A stretch of 64,000 nt of DNA from Thermoproteota archaeon (lineage in GTDB: Archaea; Thermoproteota; Thermoprotei; Gearchaeales; Gearchaeaceae): NCBI GenBank assembly GCA_032249235.1, contig JAVVGF010000003.1, forward strand, positions 19,213 through 83,212, given 5' to 3'. Position numbers and translations under genes: made by a program. Positions within the stretch are counted from its first letter, which is position 1; each line of letters begins with the position of its first letter. The notes under the pieces were generated by a model, which did no database searches, was not told the origin of the DNA, and was given only the letters and a program-made list of their open reading frames with translations. Positions 49,377 through 59,719 of this stretch are shown piece after piece.

Positions 49377-50498
49377 ATGAAGAGATACATAACGATTATT
49401 ATCCTATTTGGTTTTGTGAGCATGCTTGCTGATACAACATATGAAGGGGCGAGATCTGTTATTCCACAATATCTCGGTTATCTTGGAGCTGATTTAGCTT
49501 TTGTTGGTTTTTTGGGAGGTATTGGAGAATTTTCGAGCTATCTTCTAAGATTTGCTTCAGGCATGATAGCATCTAGATATGGGCTTCTATGGGGTTTAAC
49601 TATTACAGGCTATGCTTTAACTGGTTTCTCAATAGCCTTGTTATCCATAGCAACGAGCTGGCTTTCTGCATCGATATTAACGATAACAGAAAGAATAGCG
49701 AAAGGTCTTAGAACACCTCCTAGAGATGCTCTTTTAAGCAAGATAGCTCAACAAGGAAGAAGTGGTAGAGCGTTTGGGATTCATGGAGCTTTAGATCAAA
49801 TAGGAGCAATCATAGGACCTTCGATAGCTGCTTATATTTTGTATATGCATAATTTTTCGCCTATACTTTTTATGACACTCTCAACTTTTGCCTTCATTTC
49901 AGTAATCATTCTCTTATATACAAGAGCGATATATCCTAAAGATATTGAAACTACACCCAGAAAAATTTCGCTAGGTATTCTTCGAGGGCCTCTTACTAGG
50001 TATGTAATCTCTGTTTCAATGCCAGCTATTGGTCTTGTTTCTATATTCATAGCAATATATTGGATTGGTAGAGAAGATCCTGTGTTAGGAACAATATATT
50101 TCATTGTTATTCAATTTATACAAATACTAGGTTCTTTAGCACTTGGAGAGCTTTATGATAAAATAGGTATGAAGGCTATTTACGTTTATTATTTAATTGC
50201 ACCGCTCATAACTTTGGGTTTTCTTATAAATCAACTATTTTTCTTGTTAATAGGAATTGTTCTAGCTTTAGAGGAAAGCATACAGAGAGCTATCGTTGGA
50301 GATATTGCTAAAGATAAAGAAGCTATCGCATATGGATATTATCACTTAGTTTATGGCTTAGCATCTGCAGCTGGAGGATATATAGTTGGTTATTTGGCTC
50401 AAAATGGTTTAATAATACAGCTTGCCATACTATCAAGCATAACATCATTAGTGGGAGCTCTATTATTCTCTACGATGAGAAGATATAGAGCTAGCTAG
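49377..50498 (+). CDS. MFS transporter
   Basis: 12 TM helices with MFS-like loop motifs. Confidence 0.7.
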   Translation: MKRYITIIILFGFVSMLADTTYEGARSVIPQYLGYLGADLAFVGFLGGIGEFSSYLLRFASGMIASRYGLLWGLTITGYALTGFSIALLSIATSWLSASILTITERIAKGLRTPPRDALLSKIAQQGRSGRAFGIHGALDQIGAIIGPSIAAYILYMHNFSPILFMTLSTFAFISVIILLYTRAIYPKDIETTPRKISLGILRGPLTRYVISVSMPAIGLVSIFIAIYWIGREDPVLGTIYFIVIQFIQILGSLALGELYDKIGMKAIYVYYLIAPLITLGFLINQLFFLLIGIVLALEESIQRAIVGDIAKDKEAIAYGYYHLVYGLASAAGGYIVGYLAQNGLIIQLAILSSITSLVGALLFSTMRRYRAS

Positions 50499-50830
50499 GA
50501 ATGCTTTATTTTGTTTATTTAATACTTTTTAACTTTGTATCTTTTAAATTTAATTCCAAATAATCATATTATATTAATTGTGAATTTTTATAAATTATTT
50601 ATTATATAAAAGTTTTCAAAATTAAGTGTATATGATCATATTTAGCGTTTGATAATTCAAGACGTAAAGAGGAAACTCGTTTTATTAACTGTCAATAATT
50701 GAATTTTGGAAAAATTGGTAAGAGACATGAATGAGCTGTCTGTTCACTAAGCATGAGCATCCAAGAAGAAATTATTCTAATAAAGTAATTAAAGTTGTTA
50801 TCATTTTAATAATAAAAAGATTAAATATAG

Positions 50831-52556
50831 TTGATGGCGAAGGTTATTTCTCAAGGATATGTGAAGGATTTCATGCGAAGAAGTGTTTATTATGTCGATT
50901 TCGATGCCACAGTCTATGAAGCTTCGAAAATTATGAAAGCACACGATGTTGGAAGTGTAATAGTTAAATTGAATGATAAACCTGTTGGTATAATAACAGA
51001 AAGAGATATACTTTTGAAAGTTGTTGGCGAAGGTAAAGATCCAAAAAAAAGTAAAAGTTGGAGAAATAATGTCATCACCGCTTATTACTGTTAGAGCTGA
51101 CGATACGATTGAAGAAGCTTTAAGGAAAATGAGTATTTATGGCTTTAGAAGGATGCCTGTCGTAGGTAAAAATGGAAAAATTATAGGAATATTCGCACAA
51201 AGGTTCTTGATAAAACCTACAGAAGAAGAATTAGAAAAAAGAGCAAACATTCCTACAGAGGTTTCACCTGCTCTTCATGAATTTTACGGTGGTAAGATTG
51301 AAATTATACCCAAAGTCCAAATTTCTTCATATAGAGACTTTTCTATTTGGTATACTCCTGGTGTTGCTTCAATCGCTAAAGAAATTTCAAAAGATTTTTC
51401 TAAGTTATTTAAATATACGAATAAAGGAAATACAGTAGCCATCGTTTCTGATGGCTCGAGGACATTAGGTCTAGGAGATATAGGACCATATTCTTCATTA
51501 CCTGTTATGGAAGGAAAAGCTTTACTCTTCAAATATTTAGGCGGTGTTGATGCATTTCCAATAACTCTTAATACAAAGGATCCTGAAAAAATAGTTGAAA
51601 TCGTAAAGTCAATTGAGCCAGCATTCGGCGGAATAAACTTGGAAGATATCGCTACTCCTAAATGCTTCGCTATTTATGAAAGATTATATGAAGAGTTAGA
51701 TATTCCTGTATGGCATGATGATCAGCATGGTACAGCATTAGTAGTTCTCGCTGCATTAATAAATGCTTTAAAAATTGTAGGAAAGAAGCATAATGAAATA
51801 ACAATAACTTTGATAGGTGCTGGTGCTTCAAACTATAGAATAGCCAAAATATTAATAGCTTATGGAGTGAATCCAGCTAACATAATAGTCGTTGATTCCA
51901 AGGGAATTCTTAACAGGAATAGAATTGATTTAAAAGATGAGAATCCCTACAAATGGGAATTATGTAATATAACTAATGGGGAAAACAGAGAGGGTGGTAT
52001 AGAAGAAGCTATGAAAGGAAGCGATGTTGTACTAGCTTTTTCTAAACCAGGTCCAGGCGTAATAAAGCCTGAATGGATAAAGCTGATGAATGATAATGCA
52101 ATAGTCTTTGCATGTGCTAATCCTATACCTGAAATATGGCCTTGGGAAGCAAAAGAGGCAGGTGCAAGGATCGTAGCTACAGGTAGGAGCGATTTCCCTA
52201 ATCAGGTGAACAATTCATTAGGATTTCCTGCAGTATTTAGAGGGGCATTGGAAGTATTAGCTAAAAAGATAACAACTGAGATGTTAATAGCAGCAGCAGA
52301 AGAAATCGCAAAAATAGCTGAGGAATATGAAATAAACGAAGATTATATAATTCCTACGATGGAACAAGAGGAGGTTTATATTAGAGAAGCATTAGCCGTT
52401 GCTATTAAAGCTCAAGAAATTGGTGTAGCTAGATTAAAGTTATCAAAAGATGAACTCTTCTCAAGAATAAATGAAAAAATTAATAGATCGAAAATGATTC
52501 TTGAGAAATTAATTAGTGAAGGAATTATAAAACGCTACACTGGAATTACTTATTAA
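50831..52556 (+). CDS. CBS-pair-fused NAD(P)-dependent malic enzyme, interrupted by a +1 frameshift in an A8 run at 51043..51050
   Basis: CBS1 in frame 2 runs up to 51094, then CBS2 plus malic enzyme in frame 3 starts from 51021. Malic-enzyme signatures are present (YTPGVA, SDGSRTLGLGD, the Rossmann motif GAGAS). Removing one A restores …GKDPKKVKVGEIMSSPLITV…. Confidence 0.75.
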
Positions 52557-52743
52557 ATTTAAATACTTAATAAAGAATAAACAAACGAAATAATTTATAT
52601 AATTTTTAAATTTTATCTTAAACTCCTTTGTTTTCCTATTTCAAGCAAATCGAAAATACCTGTTTCTGCAATTCTATTTATAAAATAAGTTGTCAAGATG
52701 CCTGCAATTATTGCACCGCTAATCGCATGAATAAGTATGTATA

Positions 52744-53226
52744 TTAGATACCTGAATAGCCAGCATAGGCGAAAACACCACTGATTAATTGAGGTAAGAA
52801 TATCCATCCTGGTAATATTACTGCTAAGCCTGGAAGAAATCCTGCAAGCGCCATACTTAGGTAGTCATATTTCTTATATCCCCGCATTGCAAAAACAACT
52901 TCACTAGCAAGCCCTGCTATGAATCCATAAACCAATGTAGTGATAGCAAAGTATGAGCCAAATATCATTTCAATTAATCCTCCAAGAAATTCGCCGCTAA
53001 ATGCTGAACCTGGTTTTCTTATCAAATAACCTGCAGCAGTTCCTCCTAGAGCCCAAAAGCCATACATGAACGGCCAAAGCAATATCATGATAGGATATGC
53101 AGGAATTAGACCTGTAAGAAATGGATACAAATAGTTGCTTGCAATTACGAAAATAACACCAGATAGAACAGCTATTCCTGCTAAAGCTACAATATCTAAA
53201 CTAGTGTATTTAAGCTTCATCTTCAT
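52744..53226 (-). CDS. Small polytopic membrane protein (ECF-transporter S-component-like)
   Basis: 160 aa with five or six TM helices. A possible 3' extension lies in the overlapping ORF 52613..52807. Confidence 0.35.
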   Translation of the reverse strand: MKMKLKYTSLDIVALAGIAVLSGVIFVIASNYLYPFLTGLIPAYPIMILLWPFMYGFWALGGTAAGYLIRKPGSAFSGEFLGGLIEMIFGSYFAITTLVYGFIAGLASEVVFAMRGYKKYDYLSMALAGFLPGLAVILPGWIFLPQLISGVFAYAGYSGI

Positions 53227-53315
53227 CGATGAATTTTAACTATAAGTGAGTAATTAAATATTCTATAACCAGGTTATAGAAGCAAGAATTTATTTGGAAT
53301 CAATTTTATGTAGTC

Positions 53316-54524
53316 ATGCAATATTACAAAAGATTCTTAGCAAAAAGAGCCAACTTAATTGAGCCTTCTCCCTTAGCCAAGATATTGAGCAAAATTGAAG
53401 AATATAGAAAAAAAGGTAAAAGGATAATATCATTAGCTGCTGGAGATCCTGATCCTAATGTAATACCTAGAGAAGAAATTTCAAAGATAGCTCAAAAAAT
53501 TTTAGTCAAAAATCCTGCCTCAGTGCTTTATACACCTACTGCAGGAATTGAAGAATTAAGGAAGCATCTCGCTGATTTCATTTCTAAATATGATGGTTTC
53601 AAAGTAAAAGCTGAAGAGATTATCGTTACAAGCGGTTCAACGATGGCTATTGACTTATTTTCAAGGATAATACTAGATCCTGGAGATATTGTAATTGTAG
53701 AAAATCCTTCTTACATCAATAGTATTTTGGCATTTAAGCAACATGGAGCAAAACTAATAGGTATCGATTTAGATGAAGACGGTCTTAGTACGCATAAACT
53801 AGAAGAAGAAATCAAAAATTTGGGTCAAGAAATTAAGAAAATCAAATTCATTTATATCATACCTACAGGACAAAATCCTGCAGGAATAACGATGAGTCTA
53901 GAGAAAAGGAAACATTTGCTTGAAATAGCTTCAAAATATGAGATTCTAATTCTTGAAGACTTGGCTTATAATTACTTAATATTTGAAGGTAATCCTTTAC
54001 CTCCTTTGAAATCAATGGATAAAGAAGGAAGAGTGATAGTTGCAGGAACTTTGAGCAAAATAATGGGCACAGGTTTTAGAATAGGTTGGTTAATAGCTGA
54101 GAAAGAAATAAGAGAACTTGTTTTAAACGAAAAGCAACCTATTGATTTCAATGCTCCTACGATATCTCAATACATTGCATTAGAATTTCTTAAAATGAAC
54201 TTATTTGTTTCAGCAATAGAGAAATCAAGAACAGCTTATATGGAAAAAAGGAATGCTTTATTAAAAATTCTCAGTGAAGCATCTTTAAACTTTAAATATA
54301 CAAAGCCAATTGCTGGAATTTTCTTGATTCTCGATTTGATGAAAGTAAATGCTGAAGAATTCGCAAATAGATTATTAGAAGAAAAGCATGTTGCGGTCAT
54401 ACCTGCGAAGCCATTCTTTGTTAAAGGGGGTGAAACAACGATAAGGATTAATTTCAGCAGGCCTTCAATTCAAGAAATTGAAGAAGGAGTTAAAGCAATA
54501 GTTTCTCTTTATCGCACATATTAA
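53316..54524 (+). CDS. PLP-dependent aminotransferase, class I/II
   Basis: Fold-type I aminotransferase with a PLP-lysine region (TLSKIMGTGFRIGW). Confidence 0.8.
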   Translation: MQYYKRFLAKRANLIEPSPLAKILSKIEEYRKKGKRIISLAAGDPDPNVIPREEISKIAQKILVKNPASVLYTPTAGIEELRKHLADFISKYDGFKVKAEEIIVTSGSTMAIDLFSRIILDPGDIVIVENPSYINSILAFKQHGAKLIGIDLDEDGLSTHKLEEEIKNLGQEIKKIKFIYIIPTGQNPAGITMSLEKRKHLLEIASKYEILILEDLAYNYLIFEGNPLPPLKSMDKEGRVIVAGTLSKIMGTGFRIGWLIAEKEIRELVLNEKQPIDFNAPTISQYIALEFLKMNLFVSAIEKSRTAYMEKRNALLKILSEASLNFKYTKPIAGIFLILDLMKVNAEEFANRLLEEKHVAVIPAKPFFVKGGETTIRINFSRPSIQEIEEGVKAIVSLYRTY

Positions 54525-54560
54525 GCATTAAACATAAAATTCGAGAATGTAAATTAGTTT

Positions 54561-55736
54561 ATGGAAATTAAAGGATTTACTACAAAAGCTGTTCATAAAG
54601 GAGAGTTGATCGATAAAAGATTCGGTAATGTGATAACACCTATTTTCTTAAGCTCAACCTTTCTCTATCCTAATGAAGAAAGGGATGCTTACATAGATCC
54701 AACAAGAAACAAACCTTATTTGTATACACGCTTAGGTAATCCTACATTTACATCACTTGAGGAAAAATATGCTTCATTAGAGAATGCTAAATATGCGCTT
54801 TCTTTCGCTTCAGGCATGTCAGCGATAACAACGACGATTTTGAGTCTTATAAATTCAAAAAGTAGAATACTTGCGATAAATCAGTTATATGGTCAAACAT
54901 ATGAATTCTTAAAAGAAATAAGTAGAAGCTTAAACATTCAAGTTGATTTCATTTCGATGAGATCATTGAATTCTTTAGACATTCCAAGAAAAGAATATTC
55001 AATGATATATACTGAATCAATAACAAATCCTACGCTTCAAGTTTGCGATATAATTGCGGTTTCAGGATATTGTAGAGATAAAGGAATCGATTTAATCGTA
55101 GATGCAACTTTTGCAACTCCTTATAATCAAAGACCTTTAGAATTTGGTGCAAGCGTTGTATTGCATAGCGCAACTAAATATATCGCAGGTCATAGCGATG
55201 TAATCCTTGGTCTATTCGCTACGAACGATAAAGAAATTTATGATAAAGTTGTAGAAAACAGAACAAATTTAGGATGCATACCTGAACCTTTCAGTGCTTA
55301 TTTGACTTTGAGAGGTATGAAGACTTTAGCTCTTAGATTAGATAGACAACAAGAAAATGCAATGAAGCTTGCGAAGTTTTTAAGTGAGCATGAAAAAGTT
55401 ATGAAAGTTTTCTATCCTGGATTAGAAGATAATGAATTTCATGAAATAGCTAAAAAAGTTCTTAAAGGATATGGTGCAATGCTTTCATTTGAAATAAAAG
55501 GAGGATATGAAGCTGCTAAGAAATTTATAAAGAATTTGAAGCTTTGTATTGTTGCTCCAAGTCTAGGAGGTGTTGAAACATTAGTTACTTTACCTGTTGA
55601 AACAAGTCATAGGCAATTGAATATTGAAGAAAGAAAGGAAATGGGAATAAGTGAAGGGCTTGTAAGAGTTTCTTTAGGTATAGAAGACTATGAAGATATC
55701 GAGAATGATTTTGCCCAGGCATTAGCTTCGATTTGA
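54561..55736 (+). CDS. Cys/Met-metabolism PLP-dependent enzyme (cystathionine gamma-synthase/gamma-lyase family)
   Basis: The PLP-Lys motif SATKYIAGHSDV and a length of about 390 aa. Confidence 0.8.
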   Translation: MEIKGFTTKAVHKGELIDKRFGNVITPIFLSSTFLYPNEERDAYIDPTRNKPYLYTRLGNPTFTSLEEKYASLENAKYALSFASGMSAITTTILSLINSKSRILAINQLYGQTYEFLKEISRSLNIQVDFISMRSLNSLDIPRKEYSMIYTESITNPTLQVCDIIAVSGYCRDKGIDLIVDATFATPYNQRPLEFGASVVLHSATKYIAGHSDVILGLFATNDKEIYDKVVENRTNLGCIPEPFSAYLTLRGMKTLALRLDRQQENAMKLAKFLSEHEKVMKVFYPGLEDNEFHEIAKKVLKGYGAMLSFEIKGGYEAAKKFIKNLKLCIVAPSLGGVETLVTLPVETSHRQLNIEERKEMGISEGLVRVSLGIEDYEDIENDFAQALASI

Positions 55737-56474
55737 TTTTTTGAAGAATTCTGTTATTCTTTTTCTCGCGTTTCCATTTATTATCATTTTTTCGAACGTT
55801 TCTCTGGAGAATTCTATTTCATTATTAAATTTTTCTAAAAGTTTATTTCTCAAAATTTTAACATTTTTGATTGCAAACCAATCAAGTTTTCTAAATTTTT
55901 CCAACAATTCATTCAATTTTGCATAAGGATCTTCGCATACATAATCAATGATTCCTAATTCTAATGCGTTTTCTGCTGTTATGTTTTCAGCGCTTATTAT
56001 GTATTTATAGAATCTTCTATCGAGGAATATTAAATATAGCGAAGCTAGCTCAGTAGGCGCTAACCCTATTCTTGGACCTCCTGTGCTGAAAAACGTATTC
56101 TTTTCTGCTATATTTATATCGATGAAAAATAACATTTCAAAACTTGCACCTATGGCGAAACCTTCTATGATTGCTATAGTTAATTTTGTTGTTTTTAATA
56201 ATTTTTTGAATAAGCTATTCAGAAGTAGAGAATATTCTCTTGCTTTATCTTTTGAAAAAGAAGATTCATAAATTTCATTCAAATCTACGCCTGCTCCAAA
56301 TTTCTTATTTGAGCCTTTAAAGATAAGGAATTTTACTTCTTCATTTTTTTCTAAATTATCTAATACTTCATTCAATTCAATGAGCAAATTTTTTGTCATT
56401 GCATTGCTTTTCTTTTCTTCTTTAAAAGTAATGTAAGCAACATCCTCTTGAGTTATTACTTCAATACTTTTCAT
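55722..56474 (-). CDS. Enoyl-CoA hydratase/isomerase (crotonase) family protein
   Basis: Crotonase-fold motifs FGAGVDLNE and a later G…GG oxyanion-region. Confidence 0.7.
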   Translation of the reverse strand: MKSIEVITQEDVAYITFKEEKKSNAMTKNLLIELNEVLDNLEKNEEVKFLIFKGSNKKFGAGVDLNEIYESSFSKDKAREYSLLLNSLFKKLLKTTKLTIAIIEGFAIGASFEMLFFIDINIAEKNTFFSTGGPRIGLAPTELASLYLIFLDRRFYKYIISAENITAENALELGIIDYVCEDPYAKLNELLEKFRKLDWFAIKNVKILRNKLLEKFNNEIEFSRETFEKMIINGNARKRITEFFKKSNRS

Positions 56475-56645
56475 ATGAATATTATTTAATATCTTTTGTT
56501 ATCAAGTCTTCACAGAATAAAAATTCTTCTACTTGAAATGATGGTAAAGCGAAGTTTATAAGTACGATTGTCCAAAATTTTAATTTATAAGAATCAAATT
56601 TTCAATTATTTCTTGAACTTCTTGCATACTTTTTCAGAGTTTAAC

Positions 56646-56653
56646 TTATATAT
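56646..56653 (+). promoter_or_regulatory. TATA-box-like element (ttatatat) about 25 nt upstream of the glnA ATG, consistent with a leaderless transcript
   Basis: An AT-rich octamer at the spacing expected for an archaeal promoter. Confidence 0.3.
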
Positions 56654-56675
56654 TTTGACAAGAGAACATATAAAA

Positions 56676-57977
56676 ATGCAGCTAGCTAAGACTGAAATTG
56701 AAGCATGTGACTTTTATTTACTTTGGCTCATCGATGTACAAGGAATTTTGAAAGGTAGATCTATACCAAGCAAATATTTAAATTCTGCTATTGAAGAAGG
56801 CATTGGTTTCGATGGTTCTTCAATTCCAGGCTATTCAAAAATCCAAAATAGCGATTTGAGAATGAAAGCAGATATTACAACTTTTAGCTTATTGCCTACA
56901 TACTTCTACAATAAAAAAGTAGGGAAATTCTTTTGCGATGTCTTAAATTCAAAAGGAGAGGAATTCAGTAAAAATCCGAGAAAAATTTGTAGAGATTATG
57001 AGAATAAACTGGATTTGAAAGTAAAGATATCAGCTGAACCTGAATTTTATTTAATCGACAAGAATTCTCTTAAACCAATCGAAGATGCACCAGGAAATCA
57101 ATATTTCGATTTATATCCTGGAAGAGATAAAACAGAAGCATTTAGAATGGAACTTAGCGATGCCTTAAGTCTTGCAGGTATAGAAGTGGAAAGGATGCAT
57201 CATGAAGTAGGGCCTTCTCAGTGCGAAATAAACTTTAAATATTCTTCAATGCTTAGAACTGCTGATAATATAATAACATATAAGTTTTTTGCGAAAAAGG
57301 TAGCAGAAAAGTTTGGATGGGAAGCTACTTTCATGCCTAAGCCATGGATTGATAAATCTGGGAACGGAATGCACATACATCTAAGCCTGTTCAAGGAAGA
57401 TAGGAATTTATTCTATGATCCAAACGAAGGTTTATCTCAATTCTGCTATTATTTCATAGGCGGAATTTTAGAGCATGCACATGCACTTGCTGCAGTAGCT
57501 GCACCTACTATTAATAGCTATCGCAGACTCATGCCAGGATATGAAGCACCGATCTACATTAGTTGGGGATGGTCAAATAGGTCAACTATGATAAGAGTGC
57601 CACATTATTCAAAGTTAGAAGAGAAAAGCACTAGAATTGAAATAAGATTACCTGATCCTACTGCAAATCCCTATTTTCTATTACCTTGTATCATCGAAGC
57701 TGGATTAGATGGTGTTAAGAAGAAAATAGAACCTATGGAACCAAGTAAAGAAAACGTTTATGAATCTAAAGAAAATTACAAAACATTACCTAGTTCATTG
57801 TTAGAAGCGATAAATGCGTGGGATAGCGATGATATTTGTATAAGAGCTTTAGGAAAAGAAGTAGCAGAGACTTATAGAGAACTATTATTGCAGGAATGGA
57901 AAGATTTTTCGAGAGAAGTAGGTAGCAACGTTAAAGAAGTAACTGATTGGGAATTGAAGAGATATTTGCATAGATAA
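56676..57977 (+). CDS. glnA: Glutamine synthetase
   Basis: GS catalytic-domain motifs: EPEFYL, GPSQCEIN, the NGMHIHLS ATP-binding region, and the C-terminal conserved block. The start is placed at the MQLAK Met rather than at the longer upstream ORF. Confidence 0.9.
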   Translation: MQLAKTEIEACDFYLLWLIDVQGILKGRSIPSKYLNSAIEEGIGFDGSSIPGYSKIQNSDLRMKADITTFSLLPTYFYNKKVGKFFCDVLNSKGEEFSKNPRKICRDYENKLDLKVKISAEPEFYLIDKNSLKPIEDAPGNQYFDLYPGRDKTEAFRMELSDALSLAGIEVERMHHEVGPSQCEINFKYSSMLRTADNIITYKFFAKKVAEKFGWEATFMPKPWIDKSGNGMHIHLSLFKEDRNLFYDPNEGLSQFCYYFIGGILEHAHALAAVAAPTINSYRRLMPGYEAPIYISWGWSNRSTMIRVPHYSKLEEKSTRIEIRLPDPTANPYFLLPCIIEAGLDGVKKKIEPMEPSKENVYESKENYKTLPSSLLEAINAWDSDDICIRALGKEVAETYRELLLQEWKDFSREVGSNVKEVTDWELKRYLHR

Positions 57978-58010
57978 TTCAATTTATATTCACTACAGCT
58001 TTATAATCAC

Positions 58011-58433
58011 ATGCAAGTTAGCGATGCTTTTGAGAAGTTTGCAGAAGAATTTAGAGAGCATCCCGAAATACTAGATAGCGCCCTTATAGGTTTAGGAAAA
58101 ATCTTGAAAATACTCGCATCTTTAAATGAAAGCGGGGTTCTCGATGCCTTAAATGAAGCATTATCGAATAAAGAAATTTTGGATAATTTGAAAAATGCAT
58201 CTAAGAATTCATTGACCAATTTAATTCTGCTTTTAAATGTATTCGGTGCAATTGACAGTACAAAATTTAAGACTTATTCAAGCAAACTTCCAAAAGCAAT
58301 TCAAGAAAGCTTGGAAGAATTTGAGAAGGAACATAAAGGAATAGGTATTTTGGGAATTTTAAGTCTTGCAAAAAAAGAAGAATTTGCAAGTCTTATAAGA
58401 GCTCTTGAAGTGTTTTTAAAAAACATGAAATGA
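58011..58433 (+). CDS. Hypothetical helical protein
   Basis: A 140 aa ORF with coding-like composition and no recognisable motif. Confidence 0.35.
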   Translation: MQVSDAFEKFAEEFREHPEILDSALIGLGKILKILASLNESGVLDALNEALSNKEILDNLKNASKNSLTNLILLLNVFGAIDSTKFKTYSSKLPKAIQESLEEFEKEHKGIGILGILSLAKKEEFASLIRALEVFLKNMK

Positions 58434-59336
58434 TCATTTCTTTTGTCAAGCTACCTAAAGAAGCTAAAGAAATATTGAGCGGATATGAAGTGAAAGATGA
58501 TAACATCGGTGAGGAAGATTTAAAAAAAAGCTAAAGTAATCATTGCTTTTCCTAGAAGCATTGATGAGAACATTATTTCTAAAGCTAAAAATCTTGAAGC
58601 AATACAAACAATAACAGCAGGCGTTGACGGTCTCCCTTTTCATATTTTACCTAAAAATATCAAAGTATTTTCTAATAGAGGTGCTTTCAACATTCCTGTA
58701 GCTGAACATGCATGGGCTTTAATACTCGCTTTAGCAAAGATGGTTGGAAGAAAGAAACCTTACAGAACTTATTTGTTAACGAACAAAACTTTGCTCATAT
58801 TAGGTGCTGGAGAAATAGGTAGCGAAATAGCTAGGATTGGAAAATTAGCATTTAATATGTATGTGGTAGGAGTATCTAGATCGTTTAAAAATCCTCAATA
58901 CTTCGATGAAAGGTATAATATAGAAAAGCTTCCTGAAGTAATAAATAGAGCAAACGTTATTGTTGATGCGCTTCCCTTAAACAAATACACGTTTAAAATA
59001 TTGAATTATGATTTGTTAAAGCATGTTGCTAATGAATGCATTATAGTGAACATTGGAAGAGGCGATACGGTAGATGAAGAAGGAATTTATAAACTTCTTA
59101 AAGAAAGGCCTGACGTAAGATTTGCAACAGATGTATTTTGGATTAAAAATGAGCATGAGGATTTTGAATCGAAGCTCTGGGAACTTGAGAATTTCATGGG
59201 CACACCTCATACAGCTGGAGGAGGCGGAAGTGAAGAAGTGTTAAGAAATGCGATAATAGAAGCTGTTAAAAACGTCAAAATGTATTTAGAGAGAAGAGAA
59301 GCTAAAAATTTAGTAAAAATCGAAGACTATATTTGA
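58430..59336 (+). CDS. D-isomer-specific 2-hydroxyacid dehydrogenase (glyoxylate/hydroxypyruvate reductase-like), interrupted by a +1 frameshift in an A8 run at 58522..58529
   Basis: The N-terminal substrate domain lies in frame 2 as far as 58533. The NAD domain (GAGEIGSEIA, GRGDTVDE, MGTPHTAG) lies in frame 3. Removing one A gives a continuous …EEDLKKAKVIIAFPRS…. Confidence 0.7.
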
Positions 59337-59719
59337 TCGATAATTTCTATTATTGAATTATCTGCGTCGATAACTAATGTTTTAGCTTTCATCAATTTTT
59401 CCACATCTTCAAATTGAACCAGTGGTATTTTTGCAATCGCACATCCTGAAGCAGTTATTATATCTGCTTTTTTGCAAACTATTGATAAAGGAGCTTTATT
59501 GTTAAGCTTAAGCGCATATAGCTTATAAGCCCCTACGCTGCTTCCTATTGCATTAGGTATTATAAGTATTTTATTCGCTATGCTTTTGTTGCTTAAAGGA
59601 TGCGAGATATCATTTACTTTTCCATCATCGTCGACCACCAAGAAATTGATGGGTTTTTCGCTATACAATACTTCTCCTTTTGCATAACCTTTAACAATTG
59701 CTTTGCATTTCATTCGCAT
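59327..59719 (-). CDS. Aconitase X small subunit (DUF126 swivel domain)
   Basis: A 130 aa DUF126-like protein. It overlaps the DUF521 gene start/stop by 10 nt. Confidence 0.6.
   Translation of the reverse strand: MRMKCKAIVKGYAKGEVLYSEKPINFLVVDDDGKVNDISHPLSNKSIANKILIIPNAIGSSVGAYKLYALKLNNKAPLSIVCKKADIITASGCAIAKIPLVQFEDVEKLMKAKTLVIDADNSIIEIIDQI

Noticed and set aside
56568-56675. Longer upstream start for glutamine synthetase (track ORF beginning at 56568)
   Set aside because: The N-terminal extension is low-complexity. The true GS N-domain begins at MQLAKTEIEACDF…. A TATA-like box sits about 25 nt upstream of that ATG.
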